A stretch of DNA of 64,000 bases from Clostridia bacterium (GCA_045593265.1 JAZNWH010000105.1:19216-83215); one strand, 5' to 3'. Shown: positions 21,079 to 33,783, counted from the stretch's first letter. The notes: generated by a model not told the origin, from the sequence alone. Translations and numbers: made by a program.

Positions 21079-21988
21079 TTGTGAGTGTATACTTTTTGAT
21101 AAGTTCAAAGGGTTTGAACATTCTTTTAAACTGACGCAGTCCTGCTATTCCTAAATCAGGCCCTATATTAAAGTATTTTACTTCTTTAAATGAATTTTTT
21201 AATGATTCAACATAAATTGCTGTACCCAATCCTTTTATAAGGGGTTGGGTTGTTTTTTGATGGTATCCCATCAAGGTATCACCCAATATCTCACCTATAA
21301 AAAAAGCTGATGGTTTTGAATCCACGTATAAAATGCCTCCTTTTACAGGATACATATCATAATTATCAATAATTTCTTGTATAATATTTTTTTCACATGT
21401 ATACTCACATAAACTGCATTCTTTTCTTAAGCACCAGTTTTCACAGACTTTCATACAATCATTTTTATTATGACTGTTTATTTCTTCATACAGGTAGTCG
21501 TTATTATTGACAAAGGCGTTGTATTGCTCTCTCTTGTGGCGGTTTTGATTGCCACTCATATTTAAAAATTCCTTTATCTCATAAAGGTAATCCCATTGTT
21601 TTTCATCAGTTTCTATTTTTATAACCTTATCTCTAAAAATATCAGTTAAAATACCTTTCTTTTTTTCCGATAAATATGCCATACGCAAAATCTTGTATTC
21701 GTCAAGAAGTTCTTTGACCGTTTTTTCAAAATTTTTTCCTTTGAAATCCCCTAAAATATTTGTATATTCTTGACCTTTATCTTCAAACCTCAAAACATAA
21801 TAGTCATTCTTTTTAGCAAAATGTGCATTATCAATAGACGTATATACACAGGTAGGTGTAAAACCGTACTCATTAATTTTTTCATTTTGAAGATAAGGAA
21901 TACATTCTCTGAAATTTTCCTTATTAACTTTCACAAAATTCATCAAATCACCAAAGGCTATTATACCCCTTTTCTTGTGATAAATCAA
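21065..21988 (-). CDS. DUF2156-like protein (MprF C-terminal/aminoacyl-tRNA transferase-like fold) with Cys cluster
   Basis: 307 aa. C-terminus ...GLRQFKRMFKP resembles the LPG-synthase C domain. Cys cluster CENWCLRKECSLCEYTC. Confidence 0.5.
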   Translation of the reverse strand: MIYHKKRGIIAFGDLMNFVKVNKENFRECIPYLQNEKINEYGFTPTCVYTSIDNAHFAKKNDYYVLRFEDKGQEYTNILGDFKGKNFEKTVKELLDEYKILRMAYLSEKKKGILTDIFRDKVIKIETDEKQWDYLYEIKEFLNMSGNQNRHKREQYNAFVNNNDYLYEEINSHNKNDCMKVCENWCLRKECSLCEYTCEKNIIQEIIDNYDMYPVKGGILYVDSKPSAFFIGEILGDTLMGYHQKTTQPLIKGLGTAIYVESLKNSFKEVKYFNIGPDLGIAGLRQFKRMFKPFELIKKYTLTIKQL

Positions 21989-22004
21989 TAGAAAATTTCA
22001 AAAC

Positions 22005-22045
22005 AAAGTGGTGTAAAAATCAATGATTTTCACACCACTTATTTG
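22005..22045 (-). terminator. rho-independent terminator downstream of RNase J
   Basis: AAGTGGTGTAAAAATC...GATTTTCACACCACTT hairpin, then a U-rich tract on the minus strand. Confidence 0.55.
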
Positions 22046-22075
22046 CGATTTTGAACCTTTTTTACATCTCCTCTG

Positions 22076-23740
22076 TTAAACTTCAAGAATAACAGGAAGT
22101 ATCATAGGGCTTCTTTTTGTTTCTTCATATAGATACTGACTGAGAGAGTTTTTTATTGCAGCTTTGAGCGTTGACCAGTCATTATGATTTTTATGTTTGC
22201 ACATATTTACTGCGTCAAGGGCTTTTAATCTTATATTATCCATAAGAGTTTCTGATTCTCTCACATAAACAAAGCCTCTGGAAATAACATCAGGACCTGC
22301 AAGAATATCTCCTGTTACAGAAGAAATTCCTAAAACAACAACTATAAGTCCATCCTCTGAAAGATGCTTACGGTCTCTGATAACAATATTTCCTACATCA
22401 CCTACACCGTTTCCGTCCACAAATACTCTGCCTGCCTGTACTGAGCTTGTAATTTTAGCCTCCTTATAATCAAGTTCAAGAACCTGACCTATTCTCATAA
22501 TAAAAGAGTTTTCTGCAGGAATACCCATTTTCTCGGCAAGAGAAACGTGTTGAACAAGATGGCGATATTCACCGTGAACAGGTATAAAATATTTAGGATT
22601 TGCCACAGAAAGCATCAGTTTCAATTCTTCCTGACAAGCATGACCTGATACATGAATATCAGCAAGAGCTTTATAAATAACCTCTGCACCACGTTTGAAA
22701 AGCTCATCAATTACTCTGGCAATAAGTTTTTCGTTCCCCGGAATAGGACTTGCTGAAATTATAACAAGGTCGCCTCTCTTAATTTCAACATTTTTATGAT
22801 CACAGCTTGCCATTCTTGATAATGCAGCCATAGGCTCTCCCTGACTGCCGGTGGTAATAATCACAAGTTGTTCATCTTTATATCTGTTTATTTCAGAAAT
22901 ATCAATAAATGTTTTTTTAGGTGCTTTAAGGTAACCAAGCTCCATTGCAGAAGCAACTACATTTTCCATACTTCTGCCTGAAACAGCAACCTTTCTATTA
23001 TGTTTAACTGCTGAGTTCACAATCTGCTGAACACGGTGAATATTAGATGCAAAGGTGGCAACTATAATTCGTGAATTACAGTTTACAAAGTAGCTCTCCA
23101 AAGTTTCACCAACAGTTCTTTCGGACATAGAATAGCCTGGCTTTTCCACATTTGTGCTCTCAGACAAAAGTGCAAGCAAACCTTTTTTACCTAATTCTCC
23201 TATTCTTGCAAGGTCAATAATTTCACCATCGATAGGTGTTGAGTCTATTTTAAAATCCCCCGTATGCAAAACCGTTCCCACAGGAGTATGAAATGCAACA
23301 GCTACTGCATCTGCAATAGAATGGTTTGTTCTTATAAATTCAATACTGAAAGAACCAAGCTTTATTATATCTCCCGGGCAAACATCATAAGTTTTTGTAT
23401 TTTCCAAAAGACCGTGTTCTTTTAATTTATTTGCAAGTATACCCAAAGTCAGCTTAGTTCCGTAAACAGGAACAGGAACATCCTTCAAAAGATACGGAAT
23501 TGCACCTATATGGTCTTCATGTCCGTGAGTAAGAACTAACCCTCTGATTCTGTCTCTGTTTTTCAAAAGATATGAAAAATCAGGTATTACAAGGTCAATT
23601 CCAAACATTTCTTCATCAGGAAACGCAATTCCGCAATCAAGAATAATAATATCGTCTTCATATTCAAAAACAGTAATATTTTTACCGATTTCTTCAAGAC
23701 CACCTAAAGGAATAATTTTCAATTTTGATTTTTTTGTCAC
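22076..23740 (-). CDS. rnj: ribonuclease J
   Basis: 554 aa. Metallo-beta-lactamase HGHEDH and beta-CASP domains. Long 5' leader of about 230 nt. Confidence 0.9.
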   Translation of the reverse strand: MTKKSKLKIIPLGGLEEIGKNITVFEYEDDIIILDCGIAFPDEEMFGIDLVIPDFSYLLKNRDRIRGLVLTHGHEDHIGAIPYLLKDVPVPVYGTKLTLGILANKLKEHGLLENTKTYDVCPGDIIKLGSFSIEFIRTNHSIADAVAVAFHTPVGTVLHTGDFKIDSTPIDGEIIDLARIGELGKKGLLALLSESTNVEKPGYSMSERTVGETLESYFVNCNSRIIVATFASNIHRVQQIVNSAVKHNRKVAVSGRSMENVVASAMELGYLKAPKKTFIDISEINRYKDEQLVIITTGSQGEPMAALSRMASCDHKNVEIKRGDLVIISASPIPGNEKLIARVIDELFKRGAEVIYKALADIHVSGHACQEELKLMLSVANPKYFIPVHGEYRHLVQHVSLAEKMGIPAENSFIMRIGQVLELDYKEAKITSSVQAGRVFVDGNGVGDVGNIVIRDRKHLSEDGLIVVVLGISSVTGDILAGPDVISRGFVYVRESETLMDNIRLKALDAVNMCKHKNHNDWSTLKAAIKNSLSQYLYEETKRSPMILPVILEV

Positions 23741-23971
23741 AATTTACCTCTCTTTCAATATACAAAGCACGAAAGAAAAACCTCTTTAAGAGGGTACCTC
23801 CTGCTATTCAAATTTAACATACATTTCCATCTGTCTTTGGAAATTACCAATTCCGAACAATAATTTCAAACTCCTTCATTTAAAGGCACAGATATCCATG
23901 CATAAACCGTCCATTAATAAGTAAGTTCAGTATACCATATATTTACCCAATTTGCAACTAAAATATTCCAA

Positions 23972-24004
23972 ATAAAAAAGCTGAAGTGAAAATTCACTTC
24001 AGCT
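23972..24004 (-). terminator. rho-independent terminator after groEL
   Basis: AGCTGAAGTGAAaattTTCACTTCAGCT, then a T-run on the minus strand. Confidence 0.65.
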
Positions 24005-24024
24005 ATATTTATTAAAATTCAGGA

Positions 24025-25671
<1,647 letters not shown>

Positions 25672-25682
25672 TCAAATATTAA

Positions 25683-25961
25683 TTATAAAATCTTAGCAAG
25701 GATATCATCCTGGCTTACAATTCTGTATTCTACGCCATCAAGCTTAACCTTTTTACCTGTATATGAACAGATAACCTTATCACCCTTAGCTACATCCATA
25801 GAAACTAACTTTCCGTCTACCATTTTACCGGGACCTACTTCAACAACCTCTGCAATTTCGGGCTGTTCCTTAGCTGTTCCTGTAAGGATAATTCCTCCTG
25901 CTGTCTTTTCTTCTGCTTCAACCATTTTTATAACAACATTGTCATTTAAAGGTTTAATCAT
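25683..25961 (-). CDS. groES: co-chaperonin GroES
   Basis: 92 aa. Confidence 0.95.
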   Translation of the reverse strand: MIKPLNDNVVIKMVEAEEKTAGGIILTGTAKEQPEIAEVVEVGPGKMVDGKLVSMDVAKGDKVICSYTGKKVKLDGVEYRIVSQDDILAKIL

Positions 25962-25982
25962 TGTTTTCTCCTCCTTCTTCTT

Positions 25983-26009
25983 TTAGCACTCAAAGCTCAC
26001 GAGTGCTAA
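25983..26009. promoter_or_regulatory. CIRCE element (HrcA operator) upstream of groES
   Basis: Perfect TTAGCACTC-N9-GAGTGCTAA. A candidate sigmaA promoter (TTGAAG-16-TAAAAT) lies just upstream on the minus strand. Confidence 0.85.
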
Positions 26010-26148
26010 CACTATATATTTTAACATTTTTTTAAAATACTTCAACTTTTTAAATTCGCTGTTATATCTATTATATGAACATAATTGGTAAATTATTCAT
26101 CCAAAACTATATTTTTCTTAAATTTGCTTAGTTTTTCTTTCATTTTCT

Positions 26149-27156
26149 TCATTTTTCTTCGAAAGATATTCCAAGATAATCGTAAGCAAGCTTTGTTGCA
26201 CATCTGCCTCTTGGTGTTCTGTTAATAAACCCGATTTGCAAAAGATAAGGTTCACACACGTCCTCGACAGTATTGCTCTCTTCTCCTATAGATGCAGAAA
26301 TAGTTTCAAGACCAACAGGCCCTCCAGCGAAATTCTTTATAATTGTAGTTAAGATTCTTCTGTCTATGTTATCAAGGCCTAATTTATCAACCTCCATCAT
26401 ATCCAGCGCAGTATCTGCAATTTCCTTTGTTATAACGCCACTGCCTTTAATTTGTGCATAATCACGTACCCTCTTTAAAAGTCGGTTTGCAATTCTCGGT
26501 GTTCCTCTTGAACGCATTGCAATTTCTTCGGCCCCATCCTTTTCAATTGGAATATTGAGAATTGATGCAGAACGTTCAACTATAGAAGAAAGCTCCTCTT
26601 TGGTATACATTTCAAGTCTTGAAATATAACCAAATCTGTCTCGGAGCGGTGATGAAAGCATACCTGCTCTTGTAGTTGCACCAATCAATGTAAATTTAGG
26701 TAATGCGACACGAACTGTTTTTGCAGAGACACCTTTACCATAAACTATGTCAATAACAAAATCTTCCATAGCAGGATATAAGATTTCTTCTACACTCCTG
26801 CTCAGACGATGTATTTCATCAATAAATAAAATATCATTGGTATTAAGATTTGAAATTATTGCAGCTAAATCGCCCGGACGCTCTATAGCAGGTCCTGAGG
26901 TTACTCTTATATTTACGCCCATCTCGTTGGAGATTATACTTGCAAGGGTAGTTTTACCAAGTCCGGGAGGTCCGTAAAGAAGAATATGGTCAAGAGGCTC
27001 TTCTCTCATTTTAGCTGCCTCAATAAAAATTTCAAGGTTTTCTTTCGCTTTTTCCTGACCAACATAATCACAAAGACGTCTTGGTCTTAAAGAGCTTTCT
27101 ATATCTTCATCCTCTGTGGTAAAGGTAGAAGTTATAAGTCTGTCATCCATTTCCAT
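26149..27156 (-). CDS. ruvB: Holliday junction helicase RuvB
   Basis: 335 aa, AAA+ GPPGLGKTT. Confidence 0.95.
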   Translation of the reverse strand: MEMDDRLITSTFTTEDEDIESSLRPRRLCDYVGQEKAKENLEIFIEAAKMREEPLDHILLYGPPGLGKTTLASIISNEMGVNIRVTSGPAIERPGDLAAIISNLNTNDILFIDEIHRLSRSVEEILYPAMEDFVIDIVYGKGVSAKTVRVALPKFTLIGATTRAGMLSSPLRDRFGYISRLEMYTKEELSSIVERSASILNIPIEKDGAEEIAMRSRGTPRIANRLLKRVRDYAQIKGSGVITKEIADTALDMMEVDKLGLDNIDRRILTTIIKNFAGGPVGLETISASIGEESNTVEDVCEPYLLQIGFINRTPRGRCATKLAYDYLGISFEEK

Positions 27157-27159
27157 TTA

Positions 27160-27753
27160 TCAGTTTCCTCTCATATTTTTTAAAGCCTGAGCTACCATTT
27201 CATCAACAGTCCCCGTAAGATTGCTGACAGCTTTTTTTGCTTCCATATTTGTATAACCTAAAACAGTAAGAACTTCTGCAGCCTCGCTTCTCGGATCACT
27301 ATCGTCAAAATCTGTACTAACTATATCTACATCTGCGTTTTCAGTTAAATCAAGAGAAATTTTATCCTTAAGCTCAAGGATTATTCTTCCTGCAGTTTTG
27401 GCCCCCACACCCGGAGATTTAGCAATAGCTTTAGCATCGCCTTTCGCAACTGCAACCTTAAACATATCAGGGGTCAATGTTGAAAGAATTGATATTCCTG
27501 CTTTGGGTCCTACCCCAGAAACAGTAATAAGAATTCTGTAAAGTTCAAGTTCATCTCTCGATAAAAAACCGTAAAGTTCCATCAAATCTTCTTTTACATT
27601 TAAATATGTGTATAACTTTACTTCTTTGCCGATAGCACCAAGCTTATTAATTGCAGAAGATGAAACATTAATCTTGTATCCGATACCACTATTTTCTACA
27701 ACTACATAACCAACACCTGCGTATGTAAGTTCACCTTTTATGTATTCATACAT
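27160..27753 (-). CDS. ruvA: Holliday junction DNA helicase RuvA
   Basis: 197 aa. Confidence 0.9.
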   Translation of the reverse strand: MYEYIKGELTYAGVGYVVVENSGIGYKINVSSSAINKLGAIGKEVKLYTYLNVKEDLMELYGFLSRDELELYRILITVSGVGPKAGISILSTLTPDMFKVAVAKGDAKAIAKSPGVGAKTAGRIILELKDKISLDLTENADVDIVSTDFDDSDPRSEAAEVLTVLGYTNMEAKKAVSNLTGTVDEMVAQALKNMRGN

Positions 27754-28264
27754 TTATATCACCAAGCTTTCCTGTTAAACTGGAAGAATTTCCGTGGCAT
27801 ATAGCAACAGCTAAGGCATCAGCAGTATCATCGGGTTTAGGTACTGCCTTTAATTTAAGGAACATCTTTACCATCTGCTGCACCTGATTTTTATCTGCTC
27901 TCCCGTAACCGGCTACTGCCTGTTTTATTTGCAGAGGAGTATATTCGTAAATTTTCAGTTTTGCCTGCCTTGCTGCAAGAATTATAACACCTCTTGCCTG
28001 TGCAACATTTATCGCTGTTGTTGTATTAGTGTTAAAAAAAAGCTCTTCAATTGCAAGCACATCAGGTTTGTAGGCTTCTATTATCTGTTTTAAACCCATA
28101 TAAACGGTATTTAATCTGTCAGGGAACTTTTCACCTGCCTCGGTAGTAATTTTCCCATAATCAACAGTTTTGAAATTTGCAGATTCATAATCTATTACCC
28201 CATAGCCAACAATTGCAAAGCCGGGGTCTATTCCAAGTATTCTCATAAAATTAACTCCAATCAA
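27746..28264 (-). CDS. ruvC: crossover junction endodeoxyribonuclease RuvC
   Basis: 172 aa. MRILGIDPG with RNase H-like fold residues. Confidence 0.9.
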   Translation of the reverse strand: MIGVNFMRILGIDPGFAIVGYGVIDYESANFKTVDYGKITTEAGEKFPDRLNTVYMGLKQIIEAYKPDVLAIEELFFNTNTTTAINVAQARGVIILAARQAKLKIYEYTPLQIKQAVAGYGRADKNQVQQMVKMFLKLKAVPKPDDTADALAVAICHGNSSSLTGKLGDINV

Positions 28265-28340
28265 ATAATATTATATTGATATTGGAGCAAAAAGTCAATA
28301 AATGCCACATAAAAATATCCTCTGAACAATAATAAAAATA

Positions 28341-28369
28341 ACGGTGTAAAAACAGGTTTTACACCGTAC
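28341..28369 (-). terminator. intergenic hairpin (GGTGTAAAA/TTTTACACC family) between the hypothetical gene and ruvC
   Basis: ACGGTGTAAAAacaggTTTTACACCGT, then a T-rich tract on the minus strand. Confidence 0.5.
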
Positions 28370-28384
28370 AATATTTTCAGAAAC

Positions 28385-28837
28385 TTAGTTAACTGTTCTT
28401 TTATCGTCGCGAACTTTCTGGAGTGCTGTAGAAATTGTATTTTCGAGGTCGTTAAGTGTTTTTGCAACATATTCTTTTGTTGCAAGACGCATATTTCTTG
28501 ACTCGTTCTGAGCATTTTCCATAATTTCAGCGGCTTTTTCATTTGCCTTTCTTGTTATCTCATGCTCATTAAGCATCAAATTAACCTTATCAGCTGTCTT
28601 TCTGATGATTTCATCAGCCTCGTGCTGAGCCTCATCTAAAATCTTCTGTCTGTTTTCAATTACATACTGTGCCTGCTTCAATTCTTCAGGATAACGTAAT
28701 CTTATTTGCTCTACAATTTCAAGCAGCTCTGATTTGTCATAAATTGCTTTATGGACAAATGGTATAGCCTTTGCGTCATCTATTGTCTCTTCAAGAAAAT
28801 CAACAATATTTATCAAGCTTTCCTGTTCTTTATTCAT
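28385..28837 (-). CDS. hypothetical coiled-coil protein (ATP-synthase-b/DivIVA-like heptad pattern)
   Basis: 150 aa, A/E/K-rich helical repeats, no clear family. Confidence 0.5.
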   Translation of the reverse strand: MNKEQESLINIVDFLEETIDDAKAIPFVHKAIYDKSELLEIVEQIRLRYPEELKQAQYVIENRQKILDEAQHEADEIIRKTADKVNLMLNEHEITRKANEKAAEIMENAQNESRNMRLATKEYVAKTLNDLENTISTALQKVRDDKRTVN

Positions 28838-28855
28838 TATAAAATCCTCCTGTGT

Positions 28856-29341
28856 TTATTTCAGATTAACTTTTTCTATTACTGCTTTTGCTACTCTTTC
28901 GGATACCAGCGAGTCAATTTTGCCTCCCAGTTTTGCTACTTCCTTTACGATGCTTGAACTAAGATAAGAATATTCCTGTCCTGTCATCATAAACAAAGTC
29001 TCAATGTCGGGACACAATTTTTTGTTTATCTGAGCCATCTGAAACTCATACTCGAAATCAGAAACAGCTCTAAGACCTTTTATAATTACACTTGCTTTTC
29101 TTTCGTACGCATAATCAACCAACAGTTTGTCCTCAAGCAAATGAACTTCAACATTAGGGTATTCTTTTACCTCTTCTTTAAGAAAATCCACGCGTTCCTG
29201 CATTGTAAACATCGGTTTTTTCTGAGAATTTACCGAAACTGCAACAATAAGCTTATCAAAAATGGCAGCAGACCTTTTAATTATATCAAGGTGTCCATAA
29301 GTTACAGGATCAAAACTGCCAGGATATATTGCTGTTTTCAT
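28856..29341 (-). CDS. coaD: phosphopantetheine adenylyltransferase
   Basis: 161 aa. [10 protein letters not shown]. Confidence 0.9.
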   Translation of the reverse strand: MKTAIYPGSFDPVTYGHLDIIKRSAAIFDKLIVAVSVNSQKKPMFTMQERVDFLKEEVKEYPNVEVHLLEDKLLVDYAYERKASVIIKGLRAVSDFEYEFQMAQINKKLCPDIETLFMMTGQEYSYLSSSIVKEVAKLGGKIDSLVSERVAKAVIEKVNLK

Positions 29342-29874
29342 TAACTGTCTCCTTTTTTATAAACCGTAACAAATACACGTCCGTATTTTGCTCTTCTCAC
29401 AGATTTAAAACCATCGTATTCTACAGGTGGCTGCTCTGTTTCAAGTAAAATCACACCATCATCTTCTAAAATTTTTGAAAGTTGAGGAAAAATATTATCT
29501 TCAAGACCTTTGCTGTAAGGCGGGTCAAGAAAAATAATATCAAATTTCTCAGTGTTTGCATCAAGAAAGCTTTCTGCACTTTTAAGATGTGTAAAAGCAT
29601 AATTTTCAAGCTTTGTATGTCTCAAATTTTCAACAACACAATCATAGGATTTTTTACTTATATCTACAAAATGACAAACCGACGCTCCTCGGCTTATAGC
29701 TTCAATGCCCAGACTTCCTGAGCCTGCAAAAAGGTCAAGCACCTTAGCATTTTCAAGATAAGGATACAGAATCGAAAAAACAGATTCTTTTACCCTGTCA
29801 AGAGTAGGACGAACATCTTTAGAGTCAAGCGTCTTTAATTTATGACCTTTGGCAATTCCTGCAACTACTCTCAT
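29341..29874 (-). CDS. rsmD: 16S rRNA (guanine966-N2)-methyltransferase RsmD
   Basis: Start taken at [13 protein letters not shown], the canonical RsmD N-terminus. SAM-binding fold with a DPPY motif. Confidence 0.8.
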   Translation of the reverse strand: MRVVAGIAKGHKLKTLDSKDVRPTLDRVKESVFSILYPYLENAKVLDLFAGSGSLGIEAISRGASVCHFVDISKKSYDCVVENLRHTKLENYAFTHLKSAESFLDANTEKFDIIFLDPPYSKGLEDNIFPQLSKILEDDGVILLETEQPPVEYDGFKSVRRAKYGRVFVTVYKKGDS

Positions 29875-30013
29875 AATCCCTCCGTATGATTGATGTGCAT
29901 ACAAACACATATACATAATACATTTTATACTATTAAAAAAATTTGTCAACCCTTTAAACGAAAAAAAACTTATTTTTTTTATTTTTTTACGTTTTTTTGA
30001 ATAAAATTCAATT

Positions 30014-32059
30014 TTAATTTATGATATTACAATTATTATCCATATTATACATATTTTTTATACCAAAATCGATTAATTCCATTTCTGTATCATCTATTTC
30101 CAACGTTCTGTTTACAATCATTTCCCAAGCTTCCTTGGTTTTATATAAAAGCTCTACCTCTGAAACAGGATTGGAATTTTTAAGAGGCGGCAAACCACTT
30201 TGACGTGTACCGAAATAGTCGCCCGGTCCTCTCATTAACAAGTCCTGTTCACTTATATAAAATCCGTCTGTAGAAGATTCTATTACTCTCAGCTTACTTA
30301 TTGTTTCCTGACTTTTAGTATTTGCAACAAGAATACAAAATGATTCTCTCGAGCCTCTGCCAACTCTTCCTCTTAACTGATGAAGTTGAGAAAGACCAAA
30401 TCTTTCGGCATTTTCTATAACCATTAAGGACGCATTTGGTACATCGACACCTACCTCAATTACTGTAGTTGAAACAAGAACATCAAAATCACCGTTTTTA
30501 AATGACTCCATCACTGAAACCTTTTCTGTTTCTTTCATTTTACCGTGAAGAAGTCCAACTTTAAGTGGTTTAAGTTTCTGACTTAAAATATTGGAATATT
30601 CAACTGCTGCTTTAAGGTTTTGAGTATCACTTTCTTCAACCATAGGACAAACAACATAGCTTTGCCCCCCACTTTGAGCCTGTTTCTTTATAAAATTATA
30701 AATTCTTTCGTGCATACTCTCGCCAACAAGATATGTTTTTATTTGTTGTCTTCCTGGAGGCAGCTCATCAATTACAGAAACAGCAAGGTCCCCATACATT
30801 ATTATAGCCAAAGTTCTTGGAATAGGGGTAGCTGTCATTACCATCAGATGAACATTTTCACCCTTTTCGATTAATTTTTGACGCTGTCTTACTCCGAAAC
30901 GATGTTGCTCATCAGCAACCACAAAAGCAAGATTTTTAAAGGTTACGTCAGGCTCAATTAATGCATGCGTTCCTATCAAAACATCACATTCTCCACTTTT
31001 AGTTGCTTCAATTATGCGCATCTTTTCAGATTTTTTCACCGATGAGGTAAGCAACTCAATTTTTAAATGAGGCATAATTTCTCTGGCTTTAAGATAGTGC
31101 TGTCGCGCCAGAATTTCAGTAGGTGCCATAAGGGCACTTTGCATACCATTCTGTGCAGTTAAATATATTCCCTCCAGAGCAATAGCAGTTTTACCTGAGC
31201 CCACATCTCCCTGAATTAATCTTTTCATTGCTTTGCCTGATTTAAAATCAAGCTTTATCTGTTCCGATACTTTCTTTTGTGCATTGGTATAAGTAAATTC
31301 TAATTTTTCATAAAAGCCTTCGCTGTTAATAGTTTTATAAATTTTCCCACCATTTACCTCTACCGTACGCATTTTATAGAGGCCTGCCTGAAACAAAAAC
31401 AATTCTTCAAAAACAAAGCGTCTTCTTGCTCTCAAAGCATTTTCTTCTGTTTCGGGAAAATGTACATTTTTAACGGCATCTACTATTCCCATCAAATTAA
31501 ATTTCTGACGAATGTTTAATGGCAAAATTTCAGGCAATAAACCCGAAAATTTTTCCAAAGCCTCCCAAACAGCTTTCTGCATTACTTTTTGAGTAATTCC
31601 CTTTGTACTCTTGTATACAGGCAAAATTTTGCCTGTAAATGCTTTTTCATTTTTTAATGTTTCAACAGTAGGGTTACTAAGAACAAGTTTATTTTGATTT
31701 TTTGATATCTTACCGAAAAATATGTATTCTGTTCCTGAACGCAGGGTTTTCTCCATAAAACGATTGTTGTACCATACAACTCCTATTTCTCCACTTTCGT
31801 CAAAAACATTTCCCTGAGATATAAGCATTGACTTTCTGACTCTTATATTCTTGATTCTGTTTTTTAAAGTAGCTTTTACGCATACCTCCATCCCCTCACA
31901 CAAACTGTCTATTGACACAAATTCGCTTCTGTCCTGATATCTTACGGGGAAGGCAAAAAGAAGGTCATAAACAGAGTTTATTCCCAATAGCGAAAATACA
32001 ATTTTCCTTTTTTCTCCAACGCCACTTAAGTCAGTAAGAGGCATATTTAGTATATTCAT
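30014..32059 (-). CDS. recG: ATP-dependent DNA helicase RecG
   Basis: 681 aa. Wedge domain plus SF2 helicase motifs. Confidence 0.9.
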   Translation of the reverse strand: MNILNMPLTDLSGVGEKRKIVFSLLGINSVYDLLFAFPVRYQDRSEFVSIDSLCEGMEVCVKATLKNRIKNIRVRKSMLISQGNVFDESGEIGVVWYNNRFMEKTLRSGTEYIFFGKISKNQNKLVLSNPTVETLKNEKAFTGKILPVYKSTKGITQKVMQKAVWEALEKFSGLLPEILPLNIRQKFNLMGIVDAVKNVHFPETEENALRARRRFVFEELFLFQAGLYKMRTVEVNGGKIYKTINSEGFYEKLEFTYTNAQKKVSEQIKLDFKSGKAMKRLIQGDVGSGKTAIALEGIYLTAQNGMQSALMAPTEILARQHYLKAREIMPHLKIELLTSSVKKSEKMRIIEATKSGECDVLIGTHALIEPDVTFKNLAFVVADEQHRFGVRQRQKLIEKGENVHLMVMTATPIPRTLAIIMYGDLAVSVIDELPPGRQQIKTYLVGESMHERIYNFIKKQAQSGGQSYVVCPMVEESDTQNLKAAVEYSNILSQKLKPLKVGLLHGKMKETEKVSVMESFKNGDFDVLVSTTVIEVGVDVPNASLMVIENAERFGLSQLHQLRGRVGRGSRESFCILVANTKSQETISKLRVIESSTDGFYISEQDLLMRGPGDYFGTRQSGLPPLKNSNPVSEVELLYKTKEAWEMIVNRTLEIDDTEMELIDFGIKNMYNMDNNCNIIN

Positions 32060-32083
32060 ATTCTGATTCTACCTTTAAAACAA

Positions 32084-32113
32084 ATGCGGTGTAAAAATCT
32101 TGATTTTACACCG
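32084..32113 (-). terminator. intergenic hairpin (GGTGTAAAA/TTTTACACC family) after the yloV homolog
   Basis: GCGGTGTAAAAatcttgaTTTTACACCGC, then aTTTGTTTT on the minus strand. Confidence 0.5.
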
Positions 32114-32122
32114 CTAATATTC

Positions 32123-33778
32123 TTACTCGATTGAAATATAGTAATAATATAGTGCCTGACCGCCCGGATATATATTAACCGAAACATCAGGATACTTTTC
32201 ACAAAGCAAGCTTTCAATAGCTTCACTTTGCTCCTGAGTTACATCCTTACCTGCGAACAGTGAAATTTCTGATGTGTCCGAGTCAACCATGTTTTCAATA
32301 ACTTCCTGGCAAATTGAATTAACATCTTCACCTACAGCTTTTATTTTACCTTCAACAAGACCCATTACATCGTCCTTGTGAATTTCCAGACCTTCAATCT
32401 CGCAATCTCTTGCTGCAAATGTAACAGAACCCGACTTAACCGACTGAGCAGCCGCAAGCATTGACTCCTCATTCTCCTGTGCTGTGTTATCTTCTTCAAA
32501 AGCCATTAAAGCACTTATTCCCTGAACAATAGTTTTAGTAGGAATAACTACAACATTTTTGCCGCTCATTTCCTGTGCCTGCTGAGCTGCCATAATAATA
32601 TTTTTATTATTTGGAAATACAAATATTGTTCCGGCATTAAGCTTTTCTATTTCACTTATAAAATCATCTGTAGAAGGGTTCATTGTCTGTCCGCCTCTGA
32701 TTATACCGTCGCAACCGAGTTCTTCGAAAAGCTGAACTATTCCATCGCCATTGGCAACGGTAATGAAGGCATTTTCTTTAAAAGGAACAGGTGCTTTCTG
32801 CTCTGAAGATACATCTTTTTTTACAGCATCTTCAGCATCACCATAACTCGAATGCTCGCTCTGTTCACGCATATTATCAATTTTTATATTAATAATAGAA
32901 CCATGCTCCATAGCTTCGTTAAGTACAGTACCGGGCTGATCTGAATGCACATGCACCTTGATTATATCTTTGTCATTGATAACAAGAACACAATCACCAA
33001 TACATTCGAGCGTTTTTCTCAATGCTTTCCAATTGGATTTTTTTGCTTTTTCCTTCTTAATAAGGAATTCTGTGCAATATCCGAATTTTATATCAGATGT
33101 ATCAATTACAGCTTCTTTCTTAACAGTTACTGTTTCTTCATCTTCTGCTGAAACAACTTCTCCATTTTCAAGATAGTACAGCGCACCCTCTAAAAGAAGC
33201 ATCAAGCCTTTGCCACCTGAATCAACAACGCCTGCACTTTTTAAAGCAGGTAAAAGCTCAGGAGTTCTTTCAAGAGATGCGTTTCCGCATTCAACAGCTT
33301 TTTTGAGAAATTCTTTAACATCATCGCCCTCAAATTCAGCAACACCCTCATACATTTCTCTCGCTACTGTTAAGATTGTACCTTCCTGAGGCTTCATAAC
33401 AGCTTTATATGCGTGCTTTTGTGCATTATAAAGCATCTTTTTCGCAATATCAACATTAATCTCGGTAACATTTTCCAAAGCCTTTGCATAGCCACGGAAA
33501 AACTGAGATAAAATTACACCCGAATTACCCCTTGCACCACGAAGTGAAGCAGTCGAAGAATAAGACGCAACCTCTGAACAGGTATCGTAATCAACACCTG
33601 ATAATTCTCTCTTAACTGCCATTATTGTGAGTGCCATATTTGTACCTGTATCGCCATCGGGAACAGGAAACACATTAAGTTCGTCAACAAGCTTTTTATG
33701 ATTACAAAGGTTATTTGCACCTGAAATAATCATTTGCTTGAATACACTGCTATTTACAGTGCTACTCAAAACAACCAC
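32123..33778 (-). CDS. yloV: DAK2 domain fusion protein YloV
   Basis: 551 aa. DAK2 N-domain plus a DegV-like C-region, in the conserved yloU-yloV-recG context. Confidence 0.85.
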   Translation of the reverse strand: MVVLSSTVNSSVFKQMIISGANNLCNHKKLVDELNVFPVPDGDTGTNMALTIMAVKRELSGVDYDTCSEVASYSSTASLRGARGNSGVILSQFFRGYAKALENVTEINVDIAKKMLYNAQKHAYKAVMKPQEGTILTVAREMYEGVAEFEGDDVKEFLKKAVECGNASLERTPELLPALKSAGVVDSGGKGLMLLLEGALYYLENGEVVSAEDEETVTVKKEAVIDTSDIKFGYCTEFLIKKEKAKKSNWKALRKTLECIGDCVLVINDKDIIKVHVHSDQPGTVLNEAMEHGSIINIKIDNMREQSEHSSYGDAEDAVKKDVSSEQKAPVPFKENAFITVANGDGIVQLFEELGCDGIIRGGQTMNPSTDDFISEIEKLNAGTIFVFPNNKNIIMAAQQAQEMSGKNVVVIPTKTIVQGISALMAFEEDNTAQENEESMLAAAQSVKSGSVTFAARDCEIEGLEIHKDDVMGLVEGKIKAVGEDVNSICQEVIENMVDSDTSEISLFAGKDVTQEQSEAIESLLCEKYPDVSVNIYPGGQALYYYYISIE

Positions 33779-33783
33779 CTCCG

